This document shows, piece by piece, positions 9,136 to 18,938 of a stretch of 64,000 nt of DNA. Location: NCBI GenBank assembly GCA_016867315.1, contig VGJV01000003.1, positions 27,429 to 91,428 on the forward strand, in the 5' to 3' direction. The translations under genes and the position numbers were made by a program. The DNA is from Candidatus Liptonbacteria bacterium. Lineage in GTDB: Bacteria > Patescibacteriota > Minisyncoccia > UBA6257 > 2-01-FULL-56-20. Under the pieces are notes generated by a model that saw only the letters and a list, made by a program, of their open reading frames with translations, did not search any database and was not told where the DNA came from. The stretch's first letter is position 1, and each line of letters starts with the position of its first letter.

Positions 9136-10101
9136 ATGTACAACGCAATAAAGACGTTCAATACCCAGTTTGGATTTGAACCCAAAATCGAGAACTTGAA
9201 TAATCTTCAGAGGCGAGAGAAATTTGTAGTGGCCGGCATGGGAGGTTCGCATCTCGCTGCGGATCTTTTCTCGATTATCAACCCCGAGCTTGATATTGAG
9301 ATTCATAAGGATTATGGCTTGCCCGCCCTTCCTGATCTGAAGAACAGGTTTCTCATTGCAAGTTCTTATTCTGGAAATACTGAAGAAACCGTGAGCGCAT
9401 TCCTTGAGGCTCGGAAACATAAGATTCCTGTAGCCGCAATTGCGGTGGGAGGAAAACTCATGGAATTAGCGAAAAAATTCAAAGTTCCTTACGTACAGCT
9501 TCCCGATTTGCAAATCCAACCCCGTTCGGCCCTGGGGGTGAGTATTATGGCCATGTTTGCATTGATGAATGACCGTCGTTTGCTTAAAGAAGCTTCACAC
9601 TTAAAATCGCGGCTTCGACCCGACAAAATCGAGGCAGTGGGGAAAGCGCTCGCATATAGAATCAAAGGAAAGGTTCCGGTAGTATATTCGTCTTCAGAGA
9701 ACGCTCCTATCGCGTACAACTGGAAAATAAAGTTGAACGAAACCGGCAAAATCCCGGCTTTTATGAATGTCCTTCCGGAGTTGAATCACAACGAAATGAA
9801 TGGTTTTGATGTGCATCCCTCTACCCGTCCGCTTTCTAGGGTATTTCATTTCCTTCTGCTCAAAGATAAAAATGACAATGAACATGTGCAAAAGCGCATG
9901 GAAGTACTCGCCTCCCTTTATGAAGCCCGTAAGTTGCCCGTCATGACCCTTGAGCTTAAAGGCAAGACGGTACTCGAAAAGATATTCTCCTCGCTCCTTC
10001 TTGCGGATTGGCTGGCATATCACACCGCGACACTTTATAAAGTGGATCCGGAGCAGGTCCCGCTCGTGGAAGAATTCAAAAAGTTGATAGCCAAGAGATA
10101 G
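9136..10101 (+). CDS. bifunctional phosphoglucose/phosphomannose isomerase (SIS, archaeal type)
   Basis: GMGGS, SSYSGNTEET, QPRSA, LNETGK, PELNHNE; start uncertain (9124/9130/9136). Confidence 0.9.
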   Translation: MYNAIKTFNTQFGFEPKIENLNNLQRREKFVVAGMGGSHLAADLFSIINPELDIEIHKDYGLPALPDLKNRFLIASSYSGNTEETVSAFLEARKHKIPVAAIAVGGKLMELAKKFKVPYVQLPDLQIQPRSALGVSIMAMFALMNDRRLLKEASHLKSRLRPDKIEAVGKALAYRIKGKVPVVYSSSENAPIAYNWKIKLNETGKIPAFMNVLPELNHNEMNGFDVHPSTRPLSRVFHFLLLKDKNDNEHVQKRMEVLASLYEARKLPVMTLELKGKTVLEKIFSSLLLADWLAYHTATLYKVDPEQVPLVEEFKKLIAKR

Positions 10102-10122
10102 ATTGTTGGTATAATGGGAGAG

Positions 10123-10941
10123 ATGAAAAAACTCTCCCGTTCGAAACTCGAGCTTTTTTTGGAATGTCCTCGGTGTTTTTGGCTAGATCAAGTAAAAGGC
10201 GTGAAGCGTCCTCCGCCTGCGCCTTATACGATAAACAGCGCCATCGATCATCTCTTAAAACAAGAATTTGATTCATACCGGGAGAAAGGTGAGCCTCACC
10301 CGATTATGACCAAGCACGGAGTGGAAGCCATTCCCTTTGCCCATCCTCAGCTCGACAAATGGCGACACAACTTCACGGGAGTCTCTCACCTGCATACACC
10401 GACTGGTATCCATATTTATGGAGCAGTGGATGATATTTGGGTAAACCCCAATGGGGAAGTCATGGTAGTGGACTACAAAGCAACGGGAGCAAATCAGCAT
10501 CAAATTTACGATTCCTACGGCCGACAAATGGAAGTATATCAGTGGCTCTTGCGCCGGAATGATCTGGAAGTTTCTCCTACGGGATACTTTGTATTCGCGA
10601 GGGTGAATAAAGGAAATGGTTTTGCTTCGCCCTCCGACTTGGCCGCCGAAGCTTCAGCGGAGAAGGCAGCGATGAAGCGAAACGGAAAAACAGGACTTTT
10701 ACCCTTCGACATTTTTGTTGAATCGCACACCGGGGATGATGCGTGGGTGGAAGAAACGATTATCGGAGCGGCAAAGCTTTTAGAGCAAACGAAAGCTCCT
10801 GTCGCCGCCGGGGATTGTGAATATTGTAAATATAGAGAAGCGGGACATATAGAAGACCTTCCGAAAGAATCAGCTGTTCCGATGGTTAAAAAGATTCTTA
10901 TTCCCGCTAAGAAATCTCGAGTTTCGAATCTGGGGATTTAG
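10123..10941 (+). CDS. PD-(D/E)XK nuclease family protein (RecB/AddB-like)
   Basis: LSRSKL..CPRCF, GAVDD, VVDYKA, QMEVY, CEYC; start set 7 nt after TATAAT. Confidence 0.8.
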   Translation: MKKLSRSKLELFLECPRCFWLDQVKGVKRPPPAPYTINSAIDHLLKQEFDSYREKGEPHPIMTKHGVEAIPFAHPQLDKWRHNFTGVSHLHTPTGIHIYGAVDDIWVNPNGEVMVVDYKATGANQHQIYDSYGRQMEVYQWLLRRNDLEVSPTGYFVFARVNKGNGFASPSDLAAEASAEKAAMKRNGKTGLLPFDIFVESHTGDDAWVEETIIGAAKLLEQTKAPVAAGDCEYCKYREAGHIEDLPKESAVPMVKKILIPAKKSRVSNLGI

Positions 10942-10945
10942 CGGT

Positions 10946-11383
10946 ATGTTTCTCGCTAAAAAGTCCAAAGTATTCCACTGGACCCATCATGCGCGTGGGA
11001 AAATGCGCTTTTATCGTCTCTCCGAAGCGAGAGTTCGGCGGGTTGTTCATTCTCCTAAGCGAATTGAAGAAGGAGTAGCGCCTAAAACGGTGGCAATGAT
11101 GCAACCTTTGTCAGTAACAAGTAACAAGGAACAAGGGACATGGAAGGAGAAATGGAATCAGGAGCTTTGGGTAATGATTCAGGATAAAGGGAGTATCCGA
11201 AAAGTAATCAGTGCGTGGCGATACCCGGGGATGACGAAACCGGGTATTCCGCTGCCGGAGGAAATTCTGCGGGAGATTCGCGCCGGCGTGACAATTTCCA
11301 AAAATTCTGCGGAAGATAAAGAAAAGGTAAAAACTCGAATGCGGGGGATGCTCAGCAAATGGCGCCGCACCTTGCGCGGATGA
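10946..11383 (+). CDS. hypothetical protein, DUF4258/RelE-like fold possible
   Basis: WTHHAxxKMxxY...KVISAW pattern. Confidence 0.5.
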   Translation: MFLAKKSKVFHWTHHARGKMRFYRLSEARVRRVVHSPKRIEEGVAPKTVAMMQPLSVTSNKEQGTWKEKWNQELWVMIQDKGSIRKVISAWRYPGMTKPGIPLPEEILREIRAGVTISKNSAEDKEKVKTRMRGMLSKWRRTLRG

Positions 11384-11517
11384 GCCGCGACTAATGACCT
11401 ATGACCAATGACATATGACAAAATTCCATACAAGTTTACTCTCGACTGCTATAATAATTTTATTAAGCGGCGTTAATAAGTTATACGTCATCAGTTATTA
11501 GTCATAAGTCAAATTCC

Positions 11518-11961
11518 ATGCTCATCACCACTCCTGCATTTAAGAATGGCGAAAAGATTCCCAGAAAATTTACCTGCGAGGGAGGGGATATGAACCCCGA
11601 GTTCCAAATTCAAAATCTTCCTCAAGGAACAAAGAGCTTGGCATTTCTCATGGAGGATCCCGATGCTCCCGGAGGGACTTTTGTGCATTGGCTGGTGTGG
11701 AACATCGATCCTGGTGCCGCTTTCATTAAAGAAGAAAGCAAACCTTCAAAAAGCGTGGAGGGCACTAATTCCGGAGGGGCGATGGGGTACATGGGACCAT
11801 GCCCCCCTCGAGGTTCCCCTCATCGTTATTTTTTTCGCGCCTACGCATTAGACGCCTTTCTTTCGCTGATGCCGGGAGCAAAACGTCCGGAATTCGATGC
11901 GGAAATTGCCGGGCATGTACTCGCCGAAGCCGAACTTATGGGAACCTATGAACGCCATTAG
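11518..11961 (+). CDS. YbhB/YbcL (PEBP/RKIP-like) protein
   Basis: DPDAPGGTFVHW, GPCPP, HRYFF. Confidence 0.92.
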   Translation: MLITTPAFKNGEKIPRKFTCEGGDMNPEFQIQNLPQGTKSLAFLMEDPDAPGGTFVHWLVWNIDPGAAFIKEESKPSKSVEGTNSGGAMGYMGPCPPRGSPHRYFFRAYALDAFLSLMPGAKRPEFDAEIAGHVLAEAELMGTYERH

Positions 11962-11964
11962 GCG

Positions 11965-12085
11965 TAATTTCTAATTCCTAATATCAAAATCCTAAATAAG
12001 CCCCAACCTCCAATTTTCCAAATTGAAATTTCGTGCTTGGTATTCTAAAATTATTTAGAAATTAGTAATTAAATATTAGAAGTTT
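11965..12085. repeat. AT-rich heptamer-periodic inverted repeat element
   Basis: ctaattt/ctaattc units followed by their reverse complements; right arm nearly identical to the inverse of 23314-23347. Confidence 0.7.
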
Positions 12086-12112
12086 TGCTTTTTAATCTTT
12101 TATTCATAATTC

Positions 12113-12460
12113 ATGATTCACAATTCACAAGCATTGCTCATACGCTGGGGGTTGGCATTCGTATTTTTGTATGCGGGATTAGCCAGTTTGCTCCGACCTC
12201 TGGATTGGATAGGGTATTTTCCCCCGTTTCTCCTAGCGCTCATACCTCAAGGCTTTTTACTTCCTGCGTTTGCAGTAATAGAAATTGTGCTGGCGGTATG
12301 GCTTTTCTCGGGGAGACGGGTAAAAGCGGCAGGATGGGTGGCATTTTGCCTGCTCCTTGGCATTACAATATTTAACTTCGGCATATTCGACGTGGTGTTT
12401 CGGGATGTGGGGTTGGCGCTCGGCGCTCTCGCTTTAACGGCTGCGCATAGAGAAGCTTAG
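12113..12460 (+). CDS. DoxX-family membrane protein
   Basis: LLIRWGLAFVFLYAG, EI.LAVWL, RDVGL; hydrophobic. Confidence 0.75.
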   Translation: MIHNSQALLIRWGLAFVFLYAGLASLLRPLDWIGYFPPFLLALIPQGFLLPAFAVIEIVLAVWLFSGRRVKAAGWVAFCLLLGITIFNFGIFDVVFRDVGLALGALALTAAHREA

Positions 12461-12481
12461 ACCATACCGCATCATGTCGCT

Positions 12482-12524
12482 TGTGGATAACCCCCTTGAC
12501 AGCAGGATAGGGGAGGAATACGCT
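12482..12524 (+). promoter_or_regulatory. sigma70 promoter with adjacent DnaA box
   Basis: TGTGGATAA 12482-12490; TTGACA 12496-12501, 17-nt spacer, TACGCT 12519-12524. Confidence 0.65.
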
Positions 12525-12546
12525 AAAAATAATCTAACTTAAAGCA

Positions 12547-12663
12547 ATGCAACATCTCTCGGCTTATCTCGGCACCCTTATGCTTACGCTTACGCTTTTT
12601 GCGTGGGTGTTTTGCTTTAGCTTTATTATTAAAACCGAGGGGGTCATGAGAACCAAGAGATAA
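12547..12663 (+). CDS. putative 38-aa leader peptide MQHLSAYLGTLMLTLTLFAWVFCFSFIIKTEGVMRTKR
   Basis: Read manually; lies between the promoter and the terminator and overlaps the antiterminator arm. Confidence 0.55.
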   Translation: MQHLSAYLGTLMLTLTLFAWVFCFSFIIKTEGVMRTKR

Positions 12664-12688
12664 CAGCTTCACGAACATAGATTCTCAC

Positions 12689-12722
12689 AGACCTCCTCGA
12701 AACCCGAGGAGGTCTTTCTTTT
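12689..12722 (+). terminator. intrinsic terminator of a putative attenuator
   Basis: agacctcctcg-aaacc-cgaggaggtct followed by ttctttt; 5' arm can alternatively pair with 12636-12652. Confidence 0.75.
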
Positions 12723-12902
12723 ACAAAATCAGACTCTCATCCCATTTGCACTTAGAGAAATAAAGGGCAAATGAGATGAGCGTCCACTTGGGGAAGCGGC
12801 GCTCAAAGAATTTCGGTTTTTATTGCACATGATTGTGGGCCAATCTGGTGCTAACTCTGGAATTCAAAAGGTCAAGAGGTCAATTAATTATTTTCAACGA
12901 AC

Positions 12903-13583
12903 ATGAAAATAGGAGTGTTAGGGAGCACGAGTCCGCTAGTAAGCATTCACCTCCAGAGGCTTATTGCGGAATCTACTCCGGCGAGGAAAGATCAGGATCA
13001 TCTGGAGGTAGTAAGTTACACCAACCCAAAGGTTGCCGATTACGAAAATGGGGTGGAAAAGGTGGAAGACCGCGAATATCACGAAACGCTCGTGACCTCG
13101 GCTCAACTCCTGGTGCGCGCAGGAGTCTCTATGATCGCAATTCCCTGTAACAAGGCCCATACAAGGATTTCAGACATTCAAGGCAGAGTACCGGTGCCGG
13201 TCACCAACATGGTGGAGCTCACCGTGCGCCGCGTTCTTGAAGATCATGGGAAAACCACAGTAGGACTTATTGCCCCTGCCCCTACTTCGAAAATCTACGA
13301 AGAAACCGTTCCAGGTTCTGGCATACATTGGATTGCCCCCACGGTGGCCGGCCAGGAATCGGTGATAAAAGTAATCAATGCGATCAAAGCCGGTGGTGAA
13401 GCCGATACTGCGGCAATCACCAAAGTGGCCAAAGAGCTAATCGAGAAAGGCGCCAAAGTGTTAGTGTTGGGATGCGCAAAGCTCTCGGTGGTAGCCGACG
13501 AAGTGGAAAAGCTAGGGAAACCAGTGGTCGATCCCATGCGAGTGCTCGCAGAGCACTTAGTGGACCAAGCTCGAGTAATATGA
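12903..13583 (+). CDS. aspartate/glutamate racemase family protein (divergent)
   Basis: MKIGVLG, DQDHL, IPCNKAH, LGCAKL, VVDP; both catalytic Cys present. Confidence 0.85.
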   Translation: MKIGVLGSTSPLVSIHLQRLIAESTPARKDQDHLEVVSYTNPKVADYENGVEKVEDREYHETLVTSAQLLVRAGVSMIAIPCNKAHTRISDIQGRVPVPVTNMVELTVRRVLEDHGKTTVGLIAPAPTSKIYEETVPGSGIHWIAPTVAGQESVIKVINAIKAGGEADTAAITKVAKELIEKGAKVLVLGCAKLSVVADEVEKLGKPVVDPMRVLAEHLVDQARVI

Positions 13584-13600
13584 GAGGTTAGTAAAAACTC

Positions 13601-13873
13601 CCAGGGAATGTCTAGATGAGACATTCCCTGGAACTCGGGTGCGGATTTCAGGGAAAATCCTTGAAATCCCCATCGGAGCTAGGTATGCCGGTGTGGGAAA
13701 GAAGGCTCTTTGACGTCTAAAAATAAGGTAGATGTGAAAGAGGTAAAACGGTAGTACAACCTGGAGGTGTTTCCTCAACATCTCCGAGCAGCGGTAATGC
13801 ACTATGATACGTAACGAAGCAACGGGTATTCGGACCACTGTAGGGAATGGGAGGACCATTTCCTCCCCAGTGG
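13601..13873. other. multi-hairpin structured intergenic region
   Basis: Stems at 13601-13631 (13 bp perfect), 13643-13669, 13713-13736, 13763-13785 and 13835-13873. Confidence 0.55.
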
Positions 13874-13913
13874 TGCAAATGAGCTTAGCTCAATCAGAAA
13901 CGGGGGTGGCCAA

Positions 13914-15743
13914 ATGAAGGTTGCCTTTGCAGTGCAGGATGGTGATATTGCGGCAGAAGCTGCGGCAAGTGTCCTGGAAAGGAGAAATTATTCTGTCCGC
14001 CGACTCCAAAATGGCGACAGATGCACCTCTCAGGAAATTGCACTCTTCTCGCTTCACAATTGCCAGACGAACAGTCCAAATCGATGGCTGCGAGTTTCTC
14101 CTTGGAGGATCGAGAATCCTCCGGAATGGGCGACTACAACGCCATTCTGGATTGGAGTAAGACAAACTCCGGCATCGGCTCACAAAGCTCAAGATGGCGC
14201 GCATCGGTTTGAAGCCGCCTTATTGGGAATCGCAGACGCGTACACCGCCTGGCAACCGCAGGAAGGGGAAACTCTACCCCCATGGTTTTCAAGAAGCCAT
14301 AATGGTAAGGTGACCCGCGGACACGAGCAGGATTATCAGGGATGGCTCGCACGCGCAAAGGACGCAGCACAGGAATTGCTGACGGTCACCACTCCACAGG
14401 AGCCGAGTCTTCCTCCGGAGCACATCGAAGTGAAAGTGAGGATTCCTTTAGGGGAAATTAAGGAAAAAAAGGACATCCAATCTACGGAGGGGCCTTTTCG
14501 AATGCTCTTCGGATACAAGACCCACTACACTTCGAGAGTGATTCGGGCGCTCGGGACATTGTATCGGGAATACAATACACACTTCGCAAGGCTGGTAGAA
14601 GCAAATCGGGAATGGAATACCGACTATCAGTACTGCCAAGTGGCGGGAGCGATTACAAACTTCGCTGTTCAAATTGACATGAAGGGTTTGTCGCAAGGGT
14701 TTTTGGATGCGGCAGCACACATGTCCGAGAAAGAGATACTTACCGCATTGAGGAGCTCGATTTATGAGTTCGAAAACTCTCTCGCGATGTATCAATTACT
14801 CGAACGCTCGTTTCCGGATGAACAGGGAAATTCGTTCTTCAGGCAGGGCTTCCGCGCTACGCTCGACGAAGTGCGGCAGCGATTCCAGAGACCAATCGCG
14901 CTCTTGGCAGTCACTGCTCAAAAGTACCAGGCTATGCGTCAAGCAGAGTTTGGGAAAGCGCTCGCACAACCGCTCACCGATGCCGAAGTTCGAGAACTTT
15001 CGGGATTTGATACATTCTGGGGTCCTGAGGAATTCCGAAAGCATATAGAGGAGAATAAGGGAATATGTCGGTATCTTCTCTATGCTCGAACCAGCGATCC
15101 AATTGCGAAGCTCAAAGATTCAACGGTGATAGTGGATCATCCGCTTTTGGGCGACCCTCAAATGCGGCGGATCATTAAAGCCAATACAGTCACGATGAAC
15201 ATTGATGCACCAGGCATGCCTCATGAACGGCGTATCAATGACACGAAGGCTTACATGGCGCCGATGAACATGGGATTCGGAATTCAAACCGAGTCAGATC
15301 TTTACACCGGCTCTGAAAAAGTGGAGCTTTCCGAGGGGTTTAGGCAGCATTTAACTCTTCAAGGGATCGACCCTTCCGAGGTTGAATCTGGGAAAGTATG
15401 GCTGCGCATGAAACCCACATACGGCCATTACGGCTGTTACGGTCACGTGCGAGGCCCTCTTAATCGAAGTCGGGTGCGGTCTGAATTACGGACAAACCTC
15501 AACTCACGCGGGCCATATGTGGTTCAGCCGGAGATGAAGGTGATGGTCGTGGTGGACCAAGACACAGGGCGGGAATATACGGTCATTGATCGGAATTTCA
15601 TGTCTCTGATTAACGGGCAACCTTATTTCCTAGGCGGTTTTAGATCGCTGATGCCTCTGGATTCTACCGAAGCTCGCGAGGGTAGAAATCATGGGAACAG
15701 CTCGACTGTTTGGGCGGAAGTGTTGCAAACCTCTGAAAAATAA
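13914..15743 (+). CDS. hypothetical protein with ATP-grasp-like C-terminal region
   Basis: 609 aa; NDTK, MKPTYGHYGCYG, YVVQPE, DRNF resemble ATP-grasp signatures; GGGGG RBS upstream. Confidence 0.6.
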   Translation: MKVAFAVQDGDIAAEAAASVLERRNYSVRRLQNGDRCTSQEIALFSLHNCQTNSPNRWLRVSPWRIENPPEWATTTPFWIGVRQTPASAHKAQDGAHRFEAALLGIADAYTAWQPQEGETLPPWFSRSHNGKVTRGHEQDYQGWLARAKDAAQELLTVTTPQEPSLPPEHIEVKVRIPLGEIKEKKDIQSTEGPFRMLFGYKTHYTSRVIRALGTLYREYNTHFARLVEANREWNTDYQYCQVAGAITNFAVQIDMKGLSQGFLDAAAHMSEKEILTALRSSIYEFENSLAMYQLLERSFPDEQGNSFFRQGFRATLDEVRQRFQRPIALLAVTAQKYQAMRQAEFGKALAQPLTDAEVRELSGFDTFWGPEEFRKHIEENKGICRYLLYARTSDPIAKLKDSTVIVDHPLLGDPQMRRIIKANTVTMNIDAPGMPHERRINDTKAYMAPMNMGFGIQTESDLYTGSEKVELSEGFRQHLTLQGIDPSEVESGKVWLRMKPTYGHYGCYGHVRGPLNRSRVRSELRTNLNSRGPYVVQPEMKVMVVVDQDTGREYTVIDRNFMSLINGQPYFLGGFRSLMPLDSTEAREGRNHGNSSTVWAEVLQTSEK

Positions 15744-15772
15744 TTGAGTGAAGTTAATAAAAATGGTAATTT

Positions 15773-15804
15773 GAAGCCAGGTTCCGAAATTGGACCCTGG
15801 CTTC
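15773..15804. other. stem-loop between the ATP-grasp-like gene and the M20 gene
   Basis: gaagccagg...cctggcttc; no clear U-tract. Confidence 0.45.
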
Positions 15805-15818
15805 GCTCATTTAAGAAT

Positions 15819-16898
15819 ATGGAACAGATTATATCTCTCAGTAAAAAGTTAATTTCAATAAAGTCTGTCGAGGGAAATCCCAAAGCCCTGGGAGAGGCTT
15901 TAGAGCTCGTACTGCCGTCCCTCAAGGATTACACAATCGAGCGATTTTCTAAGAATGGAGTGCAAAGTGCGCTTGTATATAACACCAAAGCACGCCCTTC
16001 GCGCTTCAAAATAATTTTAAACGGTCACTTAGACGTAATTCCCGGGAAAGAGTCTCAATACATCCCTCGCGTAAAAGGAAATAAATTATTCGGAGCGGGT
16101 TCTATGGATATGAAGGCCAATGTGGCCTGTCTTATTGAGGCGTTTAAGACCGTGGCGAATAAAGTAAAGTACCCGCTGGCGTTGCAGCTTACGACTGACG
16201 AAGAGATAGGGGGATTCGATGGAACAAAATACCAAATCGAAAAAGGAGTGAGAGCTGATTTTGTCCTTGCCGGAGAACCTACGAACTTCGATATCGTGAA
16301 TAAAGCCAAAGGCGTGCTCTGGTTAAAAGTTTCTGCCTTAGGAAAAACCGCGCACGGAGCGTATCCATGGAGAGGAGAAAGCGCAGTTTGGAAAATGCAA
16401 AATTTTTTGGAAGTTCTAAAAAAGAAATTTCCACTTCCCAAGCAGCAGGTGTGGGCCACTACGATAAATGTGAGTCGTATCGAAACGAAGAATCAGGCAA
16501 TCAACAAAATCCCGGATGAGTGTTCGGTGTGGCTTGATATCCGTTTTATTCCTGAAGAAGCTCAAACTATACTAAAAAAGATCCGAGCGTTAGTCCCGAG
16601 AGGTTTCAAAATGGAAGTCCTCGCGAATGAACCGGCACTCTTCACTCCCCAAAATAATACATACGTAAAAACCCTCGAAAAATTAGGGAAAGATCTTCTT
16701 CATAAAAAAATTTTACTACGCGGGGCGCAGGGTACCTCCGATGCCCGACATTTCCGCCGAGTAAACTGTCCTGGGATTGAGTTTGGACCCATAGGCGGAG
16801 GAATCGGGAGCGATGGAGAATGGGTGGATATTCCAAGTCTTGGAAAATACTCTCAAATTCTTCAGAATTTTTTGCTAAAAATACAGGAAGAAATTTGA
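15819..16898 (+). CDS. M20/ArgE/DapE-family metallopeptidase or deacylase
   Basis: LNGHLDVIP, GSMDMK, DEEIGG, GEPT, AHGAYPWRG, GTSDAR; start moved to ATG 15819. Confidence 0.9.
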   Translation: MEQIISLSKKLISIKSVEGNPKALGEALELVLPSLKDYTIERFSKNGVQSALVYNTKARPSRFKIILNGHLDVIPGKESQYIPRVKGNKLFGAGSMDMKANVACLIEAFKTVANKVKYPLALQLTTDEEIGGFDGTKYQIEKGVRADFVLAGEPTNFDIVNKAKGVLWLKVSALGKTAHGAYPWRGESAVWKMQNFLEVLKKKFPLPKQQVWATTINVSRIETKNQAINKIPDECSVWLDIRFIPEEAQTILKKIRALVPRGFKMEVLANEPALFTPQNNTYVKTLEKLGKDLLHKKILLRGAQGTSDARHFRRVNCPGIEFGPIGGGIGSDGEWVDIPSLGKYSQILQNFLLKIQEEI

Positions 16899-16932
16899 TG
16901 GAATTTCTTTAAAAAGGCATAATAAACACATA

Positions 16933-18937
16933 ATGCGACGGCATTCACATGCCTCAATATGTGCAGGTTTAGCAGGCGTCCTGGCTCTAGGAGTAGCACT
17001 TATTTTTTATCTCCCGGCTCACGGAGCCGCAACGGTAACCTCGGCTACGGGTGGTACGTCGATTTCGGTGGACACCGTAGGCGGAAGTTATACGACGCTT
17101 ACCGGCCCCGTTGTAAGTGAGGGAGATGTAGGAGAAATAGAAGAAGGGAATATTATTTTGAATGCACCTGTAGGATTTGAATTTCGCACCACCGCGAATA
17201 GTGTGACCGCCACGCGTACTAACATCAATGGGGGCTCATGTACGGGTTCCGGCAATAAAGTATTAAAAATTGATAATGGCACCTCAGACACAGTTACTCC
17301 TACGACAATCCGAAGGGAATGAGACGCTCTGCAGCGGCATAATCACTTGGAGCGGCATTGTGGTGCGTCCCACAACGGGGGCGCTTCCAAGCGGAAATCT
17401 GACGGTGGCCGGCGATATCCAAGGGGTAACCAGTTCCACAAACTTCGGGACCCTCACGACCACCGCGGGAGCCGCCACTCAGCTTGCTTTCAGCGTGCAG
17501 CCTGCGAGTACTACGCGAACTTCTACAATTAATCCTGCAGTGCAAGTAGAAATCCGGGATCAGTATGGCAATCGAACGACAAGCAGCGCTTCGGTGAGTC
17601 TTGCAATCGGAACAAATCCCGCGAGTGGAACATTGAGTAATGGCGGCTCTACTTCAGCGGTTTCCGGCACGGCAAGCTTTGCCAGTTTGAATATCGATAG
17701 TGCAGGAGATAGTTATACGCTCATAGCGTCGAGTGCGGGACTCGCTTCGGCAACCAGTAATTCGTTTAATATCGGGAAATCTAGTCAATCAATCACGTTT
17801 AATGCCTTAAGTGATAAGACCTATGGCGATGCGGACTTCGAGGTAAGTGCAACCGCTTCCTCGGGACTTACTCCCACTTTTAGCGCGTCGGGAGTATGTA
17901 CGGTCTCTACAAGCACCGTGCATATCACGGAAACTGGTACCTGCACGATCACTGCGTCACAGGTCGGCAGCAATAATTATGCCGCCTCCTCGAATGTTTC
18001 CCGCTCTTTTACGATCTACGCCGATCTTTCCACTCTCAATTCGAATATCTCCACGGTAAGCAGTACTCTTTCCTCCGCAACAGTCGGTACTTCTTCTGGG
18101 AGTTATCCGCAGGCGGCGGTAGATACGCTCACCGCAGCCCTTACTACTGCTCGAGCGGTAACAAATACTCAATCTCAGTCCTCGGTAAGTACCGCCGCTT
18201 CGACTCTCGCTGCGGCTCTCGCGACATTTAATAATTCAGTTATCACTTTAAACTTTTCTACCGTCACGACCGGGGATGGATCACGCACGGCGAGCGTCTC
18301 ATATACTACCGAAGCCGCTGCCACTGCGAATGGTATTAGGGTAACGTTAGCCATTCCGGGAGGTACCACCATTTCCGCCCCTTCAGAGTGGGATGGTTCG
18401 ATTGCTCCTCCTGCCTCCGCGCTTTCATATAATAAACCCAATCCTGAAACGGGATTTACCGTAAGAGTGGATACTGCAGTATCGATTGGGGCAGGAGATA
18501 CGTCGCTCACGTTCGATAAGGGAGTCCGATTGTTCTTTGCTGGCCAAGCGGGGAAACGAGCCGGCTATTCCCGCGGCAGCGCGTTCAATGAAATCACTGA
18601 TTCTTGCAGTGAGGATTCCCAAGCGGCCGGGGATGCGCTGGTTGAGGGAGGAGACTGTAAAATAAATTCCGGGGAAGATTTGATTATTTGGACCAAGCAT
18701 TTCACTACGTTTCTTACATATGTGCAGGCACCGCCTACGGTTGGAGTTGGGCATTCGGGGGGAAATAATGTTCCGGCTTCCTCAGCTCCCGTTTCTTCCG
18801 GACAAGTGTTAGGTGCAGTAGCCTTCAATCCCGAAGAAGTCGAAACCGAAGAAACAACAATAACCGCGCTCCGAATACGATTGGTAGCGCTGCTCACGCA
18901 ACTCGTCGGCCTCCTAGAGCAATTATTGTGCAAATAA
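16933..18937 (+). pseudogene. Ser/Thr-rich secreted surface protein (Ig-like and FIVAR-like repeats), split by a frameshift or deletion near 17310
   Basis: ORF 16933-17322 has the signal peptide; ORF 17270-18937 continues the same composition in another frame (QLAFSVQP, DQYGN, SQSITF, YPQAAVDTL, WTKHFT). Confidence 0.65.
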
Positions 18938-18938
18938 A

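Noticed and set aside
10123-10941. Cas4 / CRISPR-Cas system
   Set aside because: PD-(D/E)XK nuclease with Cys pairs, but no other cas gene and no regularly spaced repeat-spacer array in the window
12482-12490. Replication origin
   Set aside because: Only one DnaA box noticed; no box cluster and no dnaA nearby
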